From an uncultured Actinomycetes bacterium (GTDB lineage: Bacteria > Actinomycetota > Acidimicrobiia > IMCC26256 > DASPTH01): a stretch of 64,000 bases of DNA. The translations under genes and the position numbers were made by a program. The notes under the pieces are model-generated. The model worked only from the letters and a program-made list of their open reading frames with translations, was not told the DNA's origin and did not search any database. This document shows positions 61,831-64,000 of the stretch, in pieces. Every line of letters starts with the position of its first letter. The stretch's first letter is position 1. The stretch lies in contig CAVVPD010000009.1 in NCBI GenBank assembly GCA_963750045.1, forward strand, positions 172,401 to 236,400, given 5' to 3'.

Positions 61831-62599
61831 ATGCTCCTGACCATCGACTGCGGCAACACCCAGACCGTGATCGGGTTGTTCGCCGATCACGAGCTGGTCG
61901 ACCACTGGCGCATCGCGACCGTCGCGGAGCGCACGTCCGACGAGCTCGCGTTGATGTTCCAGCAGTTCCTGGGGTTCCACGGGTTCTCGTTCGATGCCCA
62001 GGTGTCCGGTGTCGCGATCGCGTCGGGCGTTCCGCGGGTGACGGCGGCGCTGCGCGAGATGACCGAGCGGTACTTCGGGTTCGACGCGCTCGGTGCTGGA
62101 GCCCGGGGTGCGCACGGGGATGCCGATCCTCTACGACGAGCCCAAGAACGTCGGCGCGGACCGGATCGCGAACGCCGTGGGCGCGTACGATCTCTACGGC
62201 GGCCCGACCATCGTCGTCGACTTCGGGACCGCCAACACGGTCGACGCGGTGAGCGCAAAAGGCGAGTACCTCGGCGGAGCGATCTTCCCCGGCATCGAGA
62301 TCTCGCTCGACGCGCTCTTCGATCGCGCCGCGGCGCTGCGGCGGGTCGAGCTGGTGGCTCCGAAGAACGTGATCGGGAAGTCGACCATCGAGGCGATCCA
62401 GTCGGGTGCGGTCTACGGCTTCAGCGGCCAAGTCGACGCGATCGTCGACCGCTTCGTCGCCGAGCTCGGACCGTCGACGGTGGTGGCGACCGGTGGCCTC
62501 GCCGAGCTGATCATGCCGCACTCGCGCACGATCCAACACTTCGAGCCCTGGCTCACGCTCCAGGGTCTCCGCATCGTCCACGAACGCAATCCCGTCTGA
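61831..62599 (+). CDS. coaX: Type III pantothenate kinase; frameshift at about 62090
   Basis: [44 protein letters not shown]. Confidence 0.93.
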
Positions 62600-62632
62600 C
62601 TCCCTGCTCGTCGGGGGCGGCCGTCGTCCCGG

Positions 62633-63659
62633 TCAGCTCTCGCGGTGGACGAGACCGTCGACGAGGCGTCCGAGGGTCTGGCACACGCCGGGGTCGAGCC
62701 CGTCGGCGCCGGCCAGTGCTTCGCCGGCCTTCACCGCGTGGTCGCGAGCCACACCCAGCGCGATCTCGACCGCGCTCGAACCCGTGGGCAGCGTGCCGAG
62801 CGCGAGCTCGCGTGCCTCTTCCAGCTGCGTGGGATCGAGCGGGTGCCCGAGCATCTCGCGGAGCGGTTCGGATTCGCGGAACATGTAGATCACCGGCAGG
62901 GTGTAGATCCCCTCGAGCAGGTCCTGTCCCGCGTGCTTGCCGAGCGCGGCGTCGGTCGACGATAGGTCGAGCACGTCGTCGACGATCTGGAAGCACATGC
63001 CGAGATGACGGCCGAACCGCGTCAGGGCGTCGAGGTTGGGATCGGGAACGCCCGAAACCATTCCTCCGATGCGGCACGACGTGGCGAAGAGTGCCGCGGT
63101 CTTGCCTTCGATGGCCGCGGCGTAGTCCTCCTCGGAACGGCCGACGTCGAAGAGGTGTTGCAGCTCGAGCACCTGTCCCCGGCACAACTCGCCGATCGTC
63201 GCCGCGAGCAGCGCCGCGACGTCGGCGCCCAACGACGCGGCGAGCGAGGATGCGCGCGGCGAGCAGGAAGTCGCCCGCGAGGATCGCGACGATGTTGCTC
63301 CAGCGCGCGTTCACGCTCGGTACCCCGCGGCGGGTCTCGGCCTCGTCGATCACGTCGTCGTGATAGAGAGACCCGAGGTGGACGAGCTCGCACGCGACGC
63401 CGCCGGTGACCGCGTCCTCGCTCGCCGACGAGGTCGCGGTCGCTGGCGTAGGCCGCGCAGAGGGTGAGGGTGGGCCGGAGCCGTTTTCCTCCCGCCCCGA
63501 TGAGATGGGCGGCGACGTCGCCGAGGAACGGATCGGGTGTTCTGACCGATTCCCGCAGCGGTCCGGTCGACCCGGGCCGAGGTCGTCGGGCAGCGTCGGC
63601 AGCTCGTCGGCCAGATCCGCGGGCGCGGGGGGCCGCAGCGGTTCTCCCAGCCCGGTCAT
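62633..63659 (-). CDS. Polyprenyl diphosphate synthase; several frameshifts; start uncertain
   Basis: [26 protein letters not shown] (FARM), [25 protein letters not shown] (SARM). Confidence 0.88.
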
Positions 63660-63870
63660 GTGACCCACGGTAGGCAGCATCGGGAACAATCTCCAAGCCG
63701 AGGGGGGTTTCACCTTCAGCGGCGACCCGCCTGATGCCGATTCATACGCGGAGGGTCCCGGAGCACAAGCCGATTACACTGAAACGATGACGTCACGGCC
63801 CGAAACCCCCCGGTGACGGTGGGGCCAGGGACGCGGCGTCCATCCCACTGAGGAGAGGCGGATCCCAACC

Positions 63871-64000
63871 GTGTTCGAACGCTTCACCGACCGAGCCCGC
63901 CGAGTGGTCGTCCTGGCGCAGGAAGAAGCGCGCCTGCTCAACCACAACTACATCGGGACGGAGCACATCCTGCTCGGCCTGATCCACGAGGGCGAGGGCG
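63871..64000 (+). CDS. clpC: Clp protease ATP-binding subunit; truncated by the window end
   Basis: [43 protein letters not shown]; SD GAGGAG. Confidence 0.93.
   Translation, partial: MFERFTDRARRVVVLAQEEARLLNHNYIGTEHILLGLIHEGEG

Overview
High-GC actinobacterial chromosome segment. Gene style, many leaderless starts and the accessory families suggest Acidimicrobiia (inference). Most of it is conserved actinobacterial backbone: glnE/nadE, a group-2 sigma factor, tRNA-Sec, ssd-tad (Flp pilus), DUF1998 helicase, a ceoBC/KimA-type K+ module, hppA, topA, MFS-tmk-holB, tRNA-Thr(CGT), sigH-rshA, tilS-hpt-ftsH-fol-pan-nad-coaX, a polyprenyl synthase and the start of clpC. Accessory DNA sits around tRNA-Thr (about 32-48 kb): an orphan winged-helix gene followed by a phased operator array and amtB-glnK, a 1.1-kb integrase-less island relic bounded by a 46-bp tRNA 3'-end duplication, an FMO/methyltransferase/OsmC trio, an amidohydrolase catabolic cluster, and GGDEF, cupredoxin and cNMP-binding genes. 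About 16 genes, several of them essential, carry single-base frameshifts that look like long-read consensus errors, so apparent fusions and splits need caution. Best leads: (1) a PTP/DSP-fold protein with Cys replaced by His in the P-loop, embedded between folP and folB (candidate for the unassigned dihydroneopterin dephosphorylation step); (2) the winged-helix/operator/amtB-glnK nitrogen module; (3) a tRNA-Sec with a 12-bp (7/5) acceptor-T branch; (4) two small ORFs missed by the ORF track. No CRISPR array, prophage or intact mobile element was seen.
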